This document shows positions 1 to 8,088 of a stretch of 12,020 nt of DNA, in pieces (positions within the stretch are counted from its first letter, which is position 1; each line of letters starts with the position of its first letter). The position numbers were made by a program, and so were the translations under genes. Origin of the DNA: Pseudobacteriovorax sp. (GTDB taxonomy: Bacteria; Bdellovibrionota_B; Oligoflexia; Oligoflexales; Oligoflexaceae). The notes below the pieces were generated by a model. The model was not told the DNA's origin and searched no databases. It saw only the letters and a list, made by a program, of their open reading frames with translations. The DNA is taken from contig JBNKNM010000176.1 in the NCBI GenBank assembly GCA_050293845.1, forward strand, positions 1-12,020. Direction: 5' to 3'.

Positions 1-2
1 AT

Positions 3-1418
3 GAGTCGGTGAAAATACAAATTGATCAGCTCTTGTCTCAAGATTATTCTTTGGAAATAATCGCTCCAACAAATGTTTATAGATATTTAGGTGTACCTTC
101 AAATGGATTAGTTTTTTCTCCTCATGAACCTGGAAATTATAAAATAGAAGTATTCGAAAATAGTGATGTTCAAAGAAAGCTTATATTTGACAGTAACATG
201 ACAATTCTAAGCAATCGTACCATCAACCTGTCGCTGACCCCGCAACCAGTATTATCCAGCCTGGATAGCATCATATCAAGTGTCAAGAATAAAAGCATTC
301 AGTCGGTTGATCAGCTTATAGACTATTTACCTCAAATAAGAAAAAATAATTTTGTGCTCATGGAGGAGAGTAAAAGCCGTCATATCGCAAGTACAGAATT
401 CCCTAGAATGATTTTATTTGGTGCAGATGCCCGGTTGATACTTGGTATTAGTACAGATCCTAGCGATCATAACTATAACACGATTGAAATAATGGAGTTT
501 CAAGAAAATAGCAAGCAATGGAAGTTACGTTCTATTGATTTTGAGGATCCAAGTCGATACCGTGATAATGATAAAGACTGTCAGTCTTGCCACGGCTCCC
601 CCAGTCGTCCCATTTGGGGGCGTTATCGTATGTGGCCAGGTGCCTTTGGCAATGATGATGATGCTCTTAGTCTTGAACAATCTGAAGTACTACGCCTTGC
701 TCAATCCAGCAAACTTGGAAATCCAAGGCTTGAAAAAATGAATATTAAGCTCTCTAAGGATTCACAAGGTCGTGATCAGATGGTTATTCAGGGAAGGCGA
801 TACAGTTACAGTAATACTGTATTTAACCTTGAATTAGGTGCTTTACACTCGACATCTCTTTATAGTCGTATTAGTAAGCATCCTCTTTTTAAGCAGCTAA
901 AATGGTATTTAGTTGGTTATGTAGCAAACTGTGACATAGAGAATTATGAAACGTCCGGTCAGCAACTCGCAGAATTACTCGGAGAATTTCCCGATCAAGC
1001 ATCTATTGAAAGGTTACTTTTGACCTCAATGGGTATCAGCATGGAAAATGACTTAATGATCCAGCTACCCTTATTCGAAGCTCAGAATATATACAACAAA
1101 GATTTAGATGATTTCTATGTTCATTGGTTTGCTGCTGACAATAACTTGATCGAGCATATAGCTATGCATATATTGGAAAATGAATTAGATGAACATGCTT
1201 CTTTAAAAGCTGTCTTTCAACCTCTAAGCAAAACCATTAATTATTTAAATCATATTAAATATAGGCTTAGAGGTAAAGAAAGAGAAGAGTTCATTGCTAG
1301 CTCCGAAGATTATTTCAGTTATAATGGTTACAATTCCTATATATTCTTCCGTAGTCATAGAGAAGAGAACAATTACAAATTTCAGAATGAAATCTGTCAG
1401 GCTATTTACAGTGAATGA
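3..1418 (+). CDS. Hypothetical protein with a single c-type heme-binding motif (CxxCH); probably 5'-truncated by the window edge
   Basis: 469-aa ORF from GTG at 9, with the frame open back to the window edge (gag tcg gtg). CQSCH is at nt 579-593 within the context PRMILFGADAR...CQSCHG..RPIWGRYRMWPGAFG. No signal peptide is visible, consistent with a missing N-terminus. Confidence 0.8.
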   Translation, partial: ESVKIQIDQLLSQDYSLEIIAPTNVYRYLGVPSNGLVFSPHEPGNYKIEVFENSDVQRKLIFDSNMTILSNRTINLSLTPQPVLSSLDSIISSVKNKSIQSVDQLIDYLPQIRKNNFVLMEESKSRHIASTEFPRMILFGADARLILGISTDPSDHNYNTIEIMEFQENSKQWKLRSIDFEDPSRYRDNDKDCQSCHGSPSRPIWGRYRMWPGAFGNDDDALSLEQSEVLRLAQSSKLGNPRLEKMNIKLSKDSQGRDQMVIQGRRYSYSNTVFNLELGALHSTSLYSRISKHPLFKQLKWYLVGYVANCDIENYETSGQQLAELLGEFPDQASIERLLLTSMGISMENDLMIQLPLFEAQNIYNKDLDDFYVHWFAADNNLIEHIAMHILENELDEHASLKAVFQPLSKTINYLNHIKYRLRGKEREEFIASSEDYFSYNGYNSYIFFRSHREENNYKFQNEICQAIYSE

Positions 1419-1482
1419 TCTGTATTTTATTTCTATAGGAACTAGTGTTTTCAAGTGAATTCACATCTTTTCAATTTCTGTA

Positions 1483-1510
1483 TAATATCAGTCTTATACG
1501 ACTGATATTA
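1483..1510. repeat. Perfect 11-6-11 inverted repeat
   Basis: TAATATCAGTC-ttatac-GACTGATATTA; the arms are exact reverse complements. Confidence 0.9.
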
Positions 1511-1515
1511 GATCG

Positions 1516-1524
1516 TGCTATAAT
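1516..1524 (+). promoter_or_regulatory. Extended -10 promoter element (TGnTATAAT)
   Basis: TGCTATAAT is an exact consensus match. An ATG at 1531 lies at the expected +1 position and has no SD upstream. Confidence 0.5.
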
Positions 1525-1530
1525 TCTCAA

Positions 1531-1722
1531 ATGAGTTTTTTCCGGGACATTGCTATGGCCAATAGATTTCTTAATATATTTTAAAAAGTGATTGCCTTCC
1601 AGCGAAAACGCCCACTGCAATAAGTATAAATCAGCCATTTTGAAGTATGGTGATCCTGAGATTGGTTTTTCTCAATATCTTTGTCTTAGCTGCAGCGAAA
1701 CCAGCAAGGTAGTATCTCATAG
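1531..1722 (+). pseudogene. IS91-family transposase N-terminal Zn-binding domain remnant
   Basis: FKK*LPSSENAHCNKYKSAILKYGDPEIGFSQYLCLSCSETSKVVSHS resembles the IS91 Zn-binding pattern (L.CGDP..G...Y.C..C....V..SCK..FC..C). It has an in-frame stop at 1589-1591, a probable frameshift near 1578, a Cys-to-Tyr change, and ends before the second CxxC. Confidence 0.7.
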
Positions 1723-1773
1723 TGAGTATTCCGGTGAATCCGTTGACGGATTCACCGGAATACTCACTCATAG
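1716..1773. mobile_element. 44-bp palindromic mini-element (1723-1766, TG...CA ends) flanked by a 7-bp direct repeat CTCATAG
   Basis: TGAGTATTCCGGTGAATCCGT-tg-ACGGATTCACCGGAATACTCA has perfect 21-bp arms. CTCATAG lies at 1716-1722 and 1767-1773. Confidence 0.75.
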
Positions 1774-2041
1774 GTGGGGGAGGGTTCTAACATTCCAGAC
1801 TGTCAAAACTTGTGAACTAGAACAACCTAAGTTTGGTTTCTACCATCTACCAGCTTGGCTAAGAAACTGGGAGAAACCTGTCTTCAGTTCGACAGCAAGC
1901 TTTGATTCACAATAATTTAAACAAATATTTGCTCTAATTGACGGTAGGAAAACCATCCGGAGCATGGCCCAAACGGCGGATTTTCTGCAAATTCCTGAAG
2001 ATAATGCCGCTGTAGAGATTGCTAGTTCTACCGAAGTTTAA
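1774..2041 (+). pseudogene. C-terminal remnant of an unrelated gene (possibly a SAM methyltransferase-associated C-terminal helical domain)
   Basis: The frame continues past TAA 1913-1915: ...RVLTFQTVK...LPAWL...SQ*FKQIFALIDGRKTIRSMAQ...TEV*. LIDGRKTIRSMA resembles PqqD-like/winged-helix C-termini. The family call is from memory only. Confidence 0.35.
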
Positions 2042-2286
2042 GCGAGCAGCAGCGAAGCCACAGACACCTTTGGAAAAAGGTTGACTAAGCACCCATGATC
2101 TCCTTGATAGGGACCTTTTTTAGTACCCCGGGCTCACAGTGCGATAAAATCCTGTCCAATGGAAGTAGTCAAAGTGTGATGTAACTCGCAATCAGCGGTA
2201 GCGATAGCCGCAATCCAATCGCCTTCAATGGTAATTAGCGCAGATATTCTCTCCAAAGTTTCTTCGTAGTGTGATACTTTACTCAT
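2042..2286 (-). pseudogene. GAF-domain protein of the free methionine-R-sulfoxide reductase (MsrC/YebR) type, multiply frameshifted and 3'-truncated
   Basis: Stitching frames from ATG 2286 gives MSKVSHYEETLERISALITIEGDWIAAIATADCELHH / FDYFHWTGFYRTVSPG / GPYQGDHGCLV / PFSKGVCGFAAAR. The WxGFY, GPYQG and KGVCG motifs are typical of fRMsr. The C-terminal GHIAC segment is absent. Confidence 0.85.
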
Positions 2287-2499
2287 CTGAATCAGTTAAC
2301 ATAACTTTATGTCCCAGTTTATATTGCCTTAAGGTTCATTAATATTCCCAAATCCACTTATAGCGTATTTCCAGGCATTGTCAAAGGTGTAATTGTTTGC
2401 CTTCAGGAAGAATAGGACGTCGATTCAACAGCTATAATATAGGTTTGGTGTTTGGGGCCGTGTATATATATTTTTTACATTTAGTTGCGAAAGCTAGCG

Positions 2500-2703
2500 A
2501 TGAACATTAATAATGTGAATATTGAAGGTTTCGAGCCCATTGAAACATCCTTCCATTCCTTTCTAAACTCGATGAGTCAAAAAAATTTGAGCTTGGGTCA
2601 AAAAATAAAAATTAGTTGGATAAAAATTTGGGTGACATTGTTCCTTAACGTACGAGTTATTTCGTTCAGTTTCAATGGAGATAAAAATGAAAGAAAAACT
2701 TAG
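2500..2703 (+). CDS. Small hypothetical protein (67 aa)
   Basis: ORF overlapping the start of the next gene. No clear SD and no recognisable motif. Confidence 0.35.
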   Translation: MNINNVNIEGFEPIETSFHSFLNSMSQKNLSLGQKIKISWIKIWVTLFLNVRVISFSFNGDKNERKT

Positions 2704-3172
2704 GACTCGCATTAATGATTTATCGTTAGCTAGAGTGAACTCGCGTCGCATCGAAGTTTTTACAAAGGTTGAGGCGCGGAATCCAAATGGGGAAAGCGAT
2801 GACTTCTTCCTTAGTCAGGCACGGATGAATTTTACTTTTAGTTGTGATGGTTTGGATTTAGATATTGTCTTTCGGCTTCTCTCGTTAGATGTATTACAGA
2901 TCCCATTTCCTAGAAACGAATTAGGTTGCATCGAATCATTAGTAAATTCAAAGATCCGTCAAAAGCTTAGGACTTTAAGTCAGCAAATGGAATCATATTT
3001 ACCTCTACCATCACGACTAAGATGCCCAAAAGTATCTGTTAAAGCGAATACTAGCGTAAATTTTGCAGTAGATTTATCGCCAATTGAATGCCGCGAAAAT
3101 CAAGAAAAGACGACGCAATGTGGCCGCAAAATGACTGGGACTGGCTTCAAATCGAGAATCGCTGCTGTCTAA
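2687..3172 (+). CDS. Hypothetical protein (161 aa)
   Basis: SD GGAG at 2677-2680, 6 nt before ATG 2687. No family recognised. Confidence 0.6.
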   Translation: MKEKLRTRINDLSLARVNSRRIEVFTKVEARNPNGESDDFFLSQARMNFTFSCDGLDLDIVFRLLSLDVLQIPFPRNELGCIESLVNSKIRQKLRTLSQQMESYLPLPSRLRCPKVSVKANTSVNFAVDLSPIECRENQEKTTQCGRKMTGTGFKSRIAAV

Positions 3173-3564
3173 AGTGGTCTAGGAAGCCCTCTATAGCCGC
3201 TTCAGCGGTTTAGTGATAAAAGTTTGTCAATTAAGACAAATATTTATCAACCCCAGTTATGAATCTGAGAGCTTGCCAGAGATTTTAAGTGCATGAGTCA
3301 ATAACTCTATTTAAGAAAATGTGGATAAAGTACTGAAATATTTAATAACAGTCATAACTCTAAGGACTTACCTATCCATATTCCTTAGCAGTTGTGGTTG
3401 AAATGACCTACTCGACACCGAAATGGCCAATCTTTTGAAACAGCTATCCTTGTTACTTAGGCCTTATTGCTCATGGAGTCTCATAACATAATGATTTTTA
3501 ATTAGAAATCGATAAATATTGATTAAATGAAGATCTGACAATGAGTCAGCAAAAAAAATCTCCT

Positions 3565-3599
3565 TTGCACTTGCGCGTAGCCGTGAATAATCTTAGCCT
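3565..3599 (+). promoter_or_regulatory. Candidate sigma70 promoter(s) of the GST gene
   Basis: TTGCAC-N17-TAATCT (3565-3593) and an overlapping TTGCGC-N17-TAGCCT (3571-3599). Confidence 0.4.
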
Positions 3600-3631
3600 G
3601 AAGGCTGCTTAACCACAAACAGGGAGCACTT

Positions 3632-4258
3632 ATGTATCGTTTGCACGGCTTTGGTACCCAGAATAGTAAAAAAGTTCTTTATGTCATGGAAGAATTAGGA
3701 TTAGATTTTGAGTTCAAAATGGTTAACCTCTTTGAAAGGGAAAACCGCTCTGATGAATTCTTAAAGATGAATCCTTTTGGCAAAGTCCCGACTTTGCAAC
3801 ATGATGATAGCTGCCTCTCAGAATCGGGAGCCATTTGCAGATACGTTGCCAACGTAAATAATTCTCCCCTTTACCCAGCAGAACCTTTTAAACGCGCGTT
3901 AGTAGATCAGTGGCTAGATAACTTTAGTAACCACACTGGCCGTTGGTTGTCTGGGCTCTACTGGGAACGAGTGATCAAGCCCAGCGTAAAAATTGGCAAC
4001 GCCAACGAAGAGAAGTGCACAGAGTACAAAAAATTTACGGAGCAACAATTTCAAGTATTAGAAAAATACCTCGGTGAGAACGCGTTTTTGATTGGTGATG
4101 AAATGACCATTGCAGATCTTTGTGCCTTCGCTTACCTGGAGCAGTTGGCACATATTCCAGACATTGAGCTTGATGACTATAAAAATCTAAAAGCTTGGCA
4201 TGACAAAATTGAAGGTTTACCTTCCGTAACGGCTGCTCGCAAACGTTTAGAAAAATAA
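3632..4258 (+). CDS. Glutathione S-transferase family protein
   Basis: 208 aa with MNPFGKVPTL, ESGAICRY and the C-terminal FLIGDEMTIADL capping motif. SD AGGGAG at 3621-3626. Confidence 0.95.
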   Translation: MYRLHGFGTQNSKKVLYVMEELGLDFEFKMVNLFERENRSDEFLKMNPFGKVPTLQHDDSCLSESGAICRYVANVNNSPLYPAEPFKRALVDQWLDNFSNHTGRWLSGLYWERVIKPSVKIGNANEEKCTEYKKFTEQQFQVLEKYLGENAFLIGDEMTIADLCAFAYLEQLAHIPDIELDDYKNLKAWHDKIEGLPSVTAARKRLEK

Positions 4259-4264
4259 TACCAT

Positions 4265-4292
4265 CGGTGCATAGTCGATAGACTATGCACCG
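4265..4292. terminator. Perfect 12-bp hairpin after the GST gene (terminator or REP-like element)
   Basis: CGGTGCATAGTC-gata-GACTATGCACCG starts 6 nt after the GST stop and is followed only by a weak pyrimidine tract (tagttctctttctt). Confidence 0.6.
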
Positions 4293-4638
4293 TAGTTCTC
4301 TTTCTTGGGAGGAAGACCAAACTATTGGTACTATCGTGAAGCACACTACTATTGTGGCAGCCGACGGTAAATGCAAGAAGTCACTAATTAAGTATGCTCT
4401 TTGCAAACGATCCGGTAAAGCCTTTCCCAAATTTTTTGTTCTCTCAAATAATGAAGCTGACATGTTTACCTCCCAATTATACTAGCGGGTTGAGCAAAAC
4501 AATACACTGTAAAAAAAATTTGCAATCAAAAAGGTAGCTTAGTATCAGATATCACTAGCTATGATAAGTGGATTGGATTTTGCTACTGTTTTACAGTTTA
4601 TGACTAAGCGTTTAAGTATATTTCTAGTGGGAGGTAGC

Positions 4639-5859
4639 ATGCTCGTACGTGCCTTCGTACTTGCTCTCGCTGTGGGTTTGTCATCTTGTATGACAACTGC
4701 CGATGATATGGGCGCAGTATGGAAAAAGTTAGACAAGTTTTTCGAGGCTGAAGGTCAGCTACCTACGAAGTCCCACAGTATTTCATTTGATGCGGAAAGA
4801 GTAGAGTTTAGAATCCCTTCTCTAGTCCGTCCTAAAGCAACTATTAATGCAAATGGCTATTCTTTTACTTCGACAATTGGAGAAGGAGTAGAAATGAGCT
4901 GCACCTTTTTTGATTCACGTCTAGATCCTGCTAATACGATGCAAAGAGTCATGAGCAATATAATTGAATCACCTGAAGTTGAAACTAGTTTTCTATATAA
5001 ATCTAAAGCTGTAGCAGTTGATGATTTTCCCGTAATTATCTCCGAATATGTGTATAATTTTAAGAAAAATGACGTCATTTATTCAGGGTTATATCATTTG
5101 GCTATTGCCGATTTTTTTGAAAAATCTATGCTTTGTTTGATGGATTACCCAGGTTACATTAATACTTTTAAAAATTCTGTAAAAGAAGTTGTCAAGAACA
5201 CTAAAATAGCAGATTTGCGTATCCCAGATAGAGTTCTTATTTATAGTAACAGCATTGATGATCAAGGTAGGTCTTACGATCTGGGGTATGCGACAACTCT
5301 TATATACAATAAAAAAAATGAGAATAATCAGGTTATCTCTAATCAATCTTCGATGTTTTCTTTTAGTGCTCTTAATAAGACAAGAGCTTTCGATTACTTT
5401 GAAATATCCCTTATTGATTCTGAGGGAACTCGATTAAAATCTAAAACTACTGTCATTGATAATCAAGTTACAACTCAAGAATATAGCATTAATAAAGAAA
5501 ATGGTTTGAATAAATACTCGGTTAAGGGAAAATTGCAAAATCAAGACATTGACAGAAGTATCACATGTAATCACGCATTATTCGAACCTGACTTTAAAAA
5601 AGATCAGTTGAGTTTGGTTGCTGATGGAAAAAGCATTCATTATAGCTCTTATATTCCTGATAAAGATATAAATGGTTGTATTGATATAAAAGTTACAAGA
5701 AAGGGAACAGATTTTGATATTGAACTTGATAAAAAGCCTTTTACAGAAATGAAGCACGATAACAAGGGTGATCGCTTGGAAGTTATCTATAAAAATGGTG
5801 GTATTTTGCATCTTTTTCGGATCAATGGGAATAGTGAGAAAAAATTAGGAGCTAACTAA
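4639..5859 (+). CDS. Predicted lipoprotein of unknown function (406 aa)
   Basis: SD GGAGGT at 4630-4635 before ATG 4639. MLVRAFVLALAVGLSS|C is a type II signal peptide with lipobox LSSC. The body looks beta-rich. Confidence 0.85.
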   Translation: MLVRAFVLALAVGLSSCMTTADDMGAVWKKLDKFFEAEGQLPTKSHSISFDAERVEFRIPSLVRPKATINANGYSFTSTIGEGVEMSCTFFDSRLDPANTMQRVMSNIIESPEVETSFLYKSKAVAVDDFPVIISEYVYNFKKNDVIYSGLYHLAIADFFEKSMLCLMDYPGYINTFKNSVKEVVKNTKIADLRIPDRVLIYSNSIDDQGRSYDLGYATTLIYNKKNENNQVISNQSSMFSFSALNKTRAFDYFEISLIDSEGTRLKSKTTVIDNQVTTQEYSINKENGLNKYSVKGKLQNQDIDRSITCNHALFEPDFKKDQLSLVADGKSIHYSSYIPDKDINGCIDIKVTRKGTDFDIELDKKPFTEMKHDNKGDRLEVIYKNGGILHLFRINGNSEKKLGAN

Positions 5860-7865
5860 TGTGGTTTTTGAGGTTTATGGCTGTTCTTCTATCGTTTGCT
5901 CCTTTCATTCTTAAGAGTCAAGATTTCGTATCCTTTGTACCAATACCTGAAAGAGTAGAGGAATTTAAAGATTATGATATATTAAAAAATAATAAAATTG
6001 CTGATGAATCTTTAAAATTTCTTTATCAAGAAAAAAATATTTTGTACTCAGCTGCTGAGCAACAGCAAACATTTCATAGATTGGCATTTAAGGCTGAAAC
6101 AGATAAGTCTGTAGAAGATATCAATACAATTTATGTAACTTTTAATCCCTCTTATGAGGAAATATTTTTCCATGAAATTGTGATCTTTCGTCATGATGGA
6201 ACTAAGGTAACCTTGGGCAAAGAGCAAGTTAAGATTAAAATTATACATAAAGAATCATCTTTAGATAGTAAAATATTTACCGGAGCAAAGCAGCTTGTTA
6301 TGTTCATACCTCATTTGGAGAAAGGTGATGCTTTGCTTTATTCATATACAATCAAAGGATCAAATCCACTTTATCATCGACATTTACTGAAAATATTTAG
6401 AATTGACTACAGTATTCCGATCGCCTTACAAAGGTATTCTGTAATGTTTCCAAAAAGCTTAAAGTTAATTGAAAAGAGTATCAATTCAGATTTAAAATTT
6501 GAAAAATCTTCAAAATCTGGAATGAACTATTGGTACTTGGTTCAAAAAGATATCACTCCAAAATCGATTCATCAAAGTCATCCTAAGGATAAGCCATTCT
6601 ATGGTTACATAGATATTTCGACTTTTAATTCTTGGAATGAAGTAGCTCGTGATGCTGAAAAATACTATAAAATACCAAAGGATATGGGTTCAGAGTTGGA
6701 AGCTATTGTTTCCAGAATAAAGAAAAACAACAGTTCCACTATTGATCGTTATCTAGCTTCAGTTAAGTTTGTTCAAGAAAAGATACACTATCTTGGGTTA
6801 GAATGGGGAGCCCTGGCAACAAAGCCTTCAACTCCAGAGAAAGTTATAAAAGAAAAATATGGAGACTGTAAGGCTAAAGTATTACTGTTAAAAACAATAT
6901 TGAATGCCATGGAGATAGGATCTTATCCTGCTTATGTTGATTCGGATCTGTCTCATTTAAACAGGGTTCCTACACCCTATGCATTTGATCATGTTATTCT
7001 ACAAGTGAAAATTGGCAAAAAGACGTTTTGGGTAGACCCCACTAGAAGGTTTCAGAAGTATTCTAAGCCTGAGTCCATTTATATTCATGATTTTCGAAAA
7101 GCTTTAGTTATTGGTAGCCGAGAAAAAAAAGCAATGACTCCGATGAATTTGGATTATTTAGTAAATAATGGTTTCAAGAACGATATCTCTTTTGACTTGA
7201 GAACGATCTCGGAAAAATCAAGAATATATTTCCATTATAAAATGTACGGAAGTTACGCAGACTACTGGCGCGGTTTCCAAAGTGAGCTCTCTAAGAAAGA
7301 GTTAAAAGACAAGGTATTGAACATTATAAGTCGGGATGATATTTTGGCAGCAGAAAAGACTATGGAATCCTTAACGCTAAAGGACTGTAAATTAGAAAAT
7401 TGTATGGATATTACTTTTGCCCTCAGGAGGCGGGTGTGGGATTTCAAACATGCAGGTAGTTCTAATAAATTATCGATAGTTTTAGATTGGATTTCAAATG
7501 ACCTACCGCAAGAAGTTCAGAAAAAGGACTTGGTCGCTGGTAAATTTCATTCGTTTAGCTCTAAACTTACCATAACCAGTATCTTAACCTTAAAATTTGA
7601 CCATAAGCCGCATATCAATATAGATAATATTTCCTCTCAGAACCCCAATTATAAACTAGATGTTACTGCACAAGTAAAAGGAAATAACTTTCAGCTTGCA
7701 TATAATTTTAGCTCTCAGAAGAAGTCCTTATCCAGTTTAGATTACCAAGCGTATCAAGAAGATCTCAATAAAATTAAGGATATACAAAAATTGACATACC
7801 ATAGCATGAATTCTAAAAATATATCAAAATCACAAAGTTTGCTAGATGAGTTTTTGGATCAATGA
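5859..7865 (+). CDS. Exported DUF3857 + transglutaminase-like (Cys-His-Asp) domain protein
   Basis: N-terminal signal peptide; DUF3857-like FNPSYEEIFFH and PHLEKGDALLYSYTIKGSNP; catalytic-type motifs YGDCKAK, FDHVI and WVDPT. TAATG stop/start overlap with the upstream gene. Confidence 0.9.
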   Translation: MWFLRFMAVLLSFAPFILKSQDFVSFVPIPERVEEFKDYDILKNNKIADESLKFLYQEKNILYSAAEQQQTFHRLAFKAETDKSVEDINTIYVTFNPSYEEIFFHEIVIFRHDGTKVTLGKEQVKIKIIHKESSLDSKIFTGAKQLVMFIPHLEKGDALLYSYTIKGSNPLYHRHLLKIFRIDYSIPIALQRYSVMFPKSLKLIEKSINSDLKFEKSSKSGMNYWYLVQKDITPKSIHQSHPKDKPFYGYIDISTFNSWNEVARDAEKYYKIPKDMGSELEAIVSRIKKNNSSTIDRYLASVKFVQEKIHYLGLEWGALATKPSTPEKVIKEKYGDCKAKVLLLKTILNAMEIGSYPAYVDSDLSHLNRVPTPYAFDHVILQVKIGKKTFWVDPTRRFQKYSKPESIYIHDFRKALVIGSREKKAMTPMNLDYLVNNGFKNDISFDLRTISEKSRIYFHYKMYGSYADYWRGFQSELSKKELKDKVLNIISRDDILAAEKTMESLTLKDCKLENCMDITFALRRRVWDFKHAGSSNKLSIVLDWISNDLPQEVQKKDLVAGKFHSFSSKLTITSILTLKFDHKPHINIDNISSQNPNYKLDVTAQVKGNNFQLAYNFSSQKKSLSSLDYQAYQEDLNKIKDIQKLTYHSMNSKNISKSQSLLDEFLDQ

Positions 7866-8056
7866 TATACTTGGCTTATACCAACGAGTACCTGCGCGCA
7901 CCTTTCTAAATCCAGCTTGAACCCAACTTCATCAGCTCTTTTTTGGGTTGCAGCATTGTCTCTAGCTTGACGATCAGTATTAGAGTTAGACTTTCAAAGA
8001 TGAAACATTCGGGGACCCAAACTTAGGTAAGGGTGTGATTGATACTTTGATGAAAT

Positions 8057-8088
8057 AAAAAAAGGACCGGAATTTCGATTCCGGTCCT
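8057..8088 (-). terminator. Rho-independent terminator for the minus-strand DUF2834 transcript
   Basis: Perfect 11-bp stem AGGACCGGAAT-ttcg-ATTCCGGTCCT (8063-8088), with an A-run at 8057-8063 that forms the U-tract on the minus strand. Confidence 0.85.

Noticed and set aside
1433..1450. TATAGGAA resembling the IS91/ISCR oriIS end (TTCCTATA)
   Set aside because: Only 8 AT-rich bases, and on the wrong side and strand for the + strand transposase remnant.
2329..2425. Short minus-strand frame IDVLFFLKANNYTFDNAWKYAISGFGNINEP*
   Set aside because: It may be another gene tail, but it has no start and no recognisable family.
3320..3617. One perfect DnaA box (TGTGGATAA 3320-3328) and two 1-mismatch boxes (3582-3590, 3609-3617) as a possible origin
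   Set aside because: Too few and too dispersed, with no replication genes nearby; plausible by chance in AT-rich DNA.
4285..7447. Short alternative-frame and antisense ORFs from the track (e.g. 4285-4485, 4545-4736, 4857-5078, 5089-5346, 5578-5811, 6048-6248, 7262-7447)
   Set aside because: Most are shadows of well-supported genes; none shows a convincing SD or motif. The same applies to 535-741, 1245-1454, 9642-9836, 10540-10815, 10834-11019 and 11280-11484.
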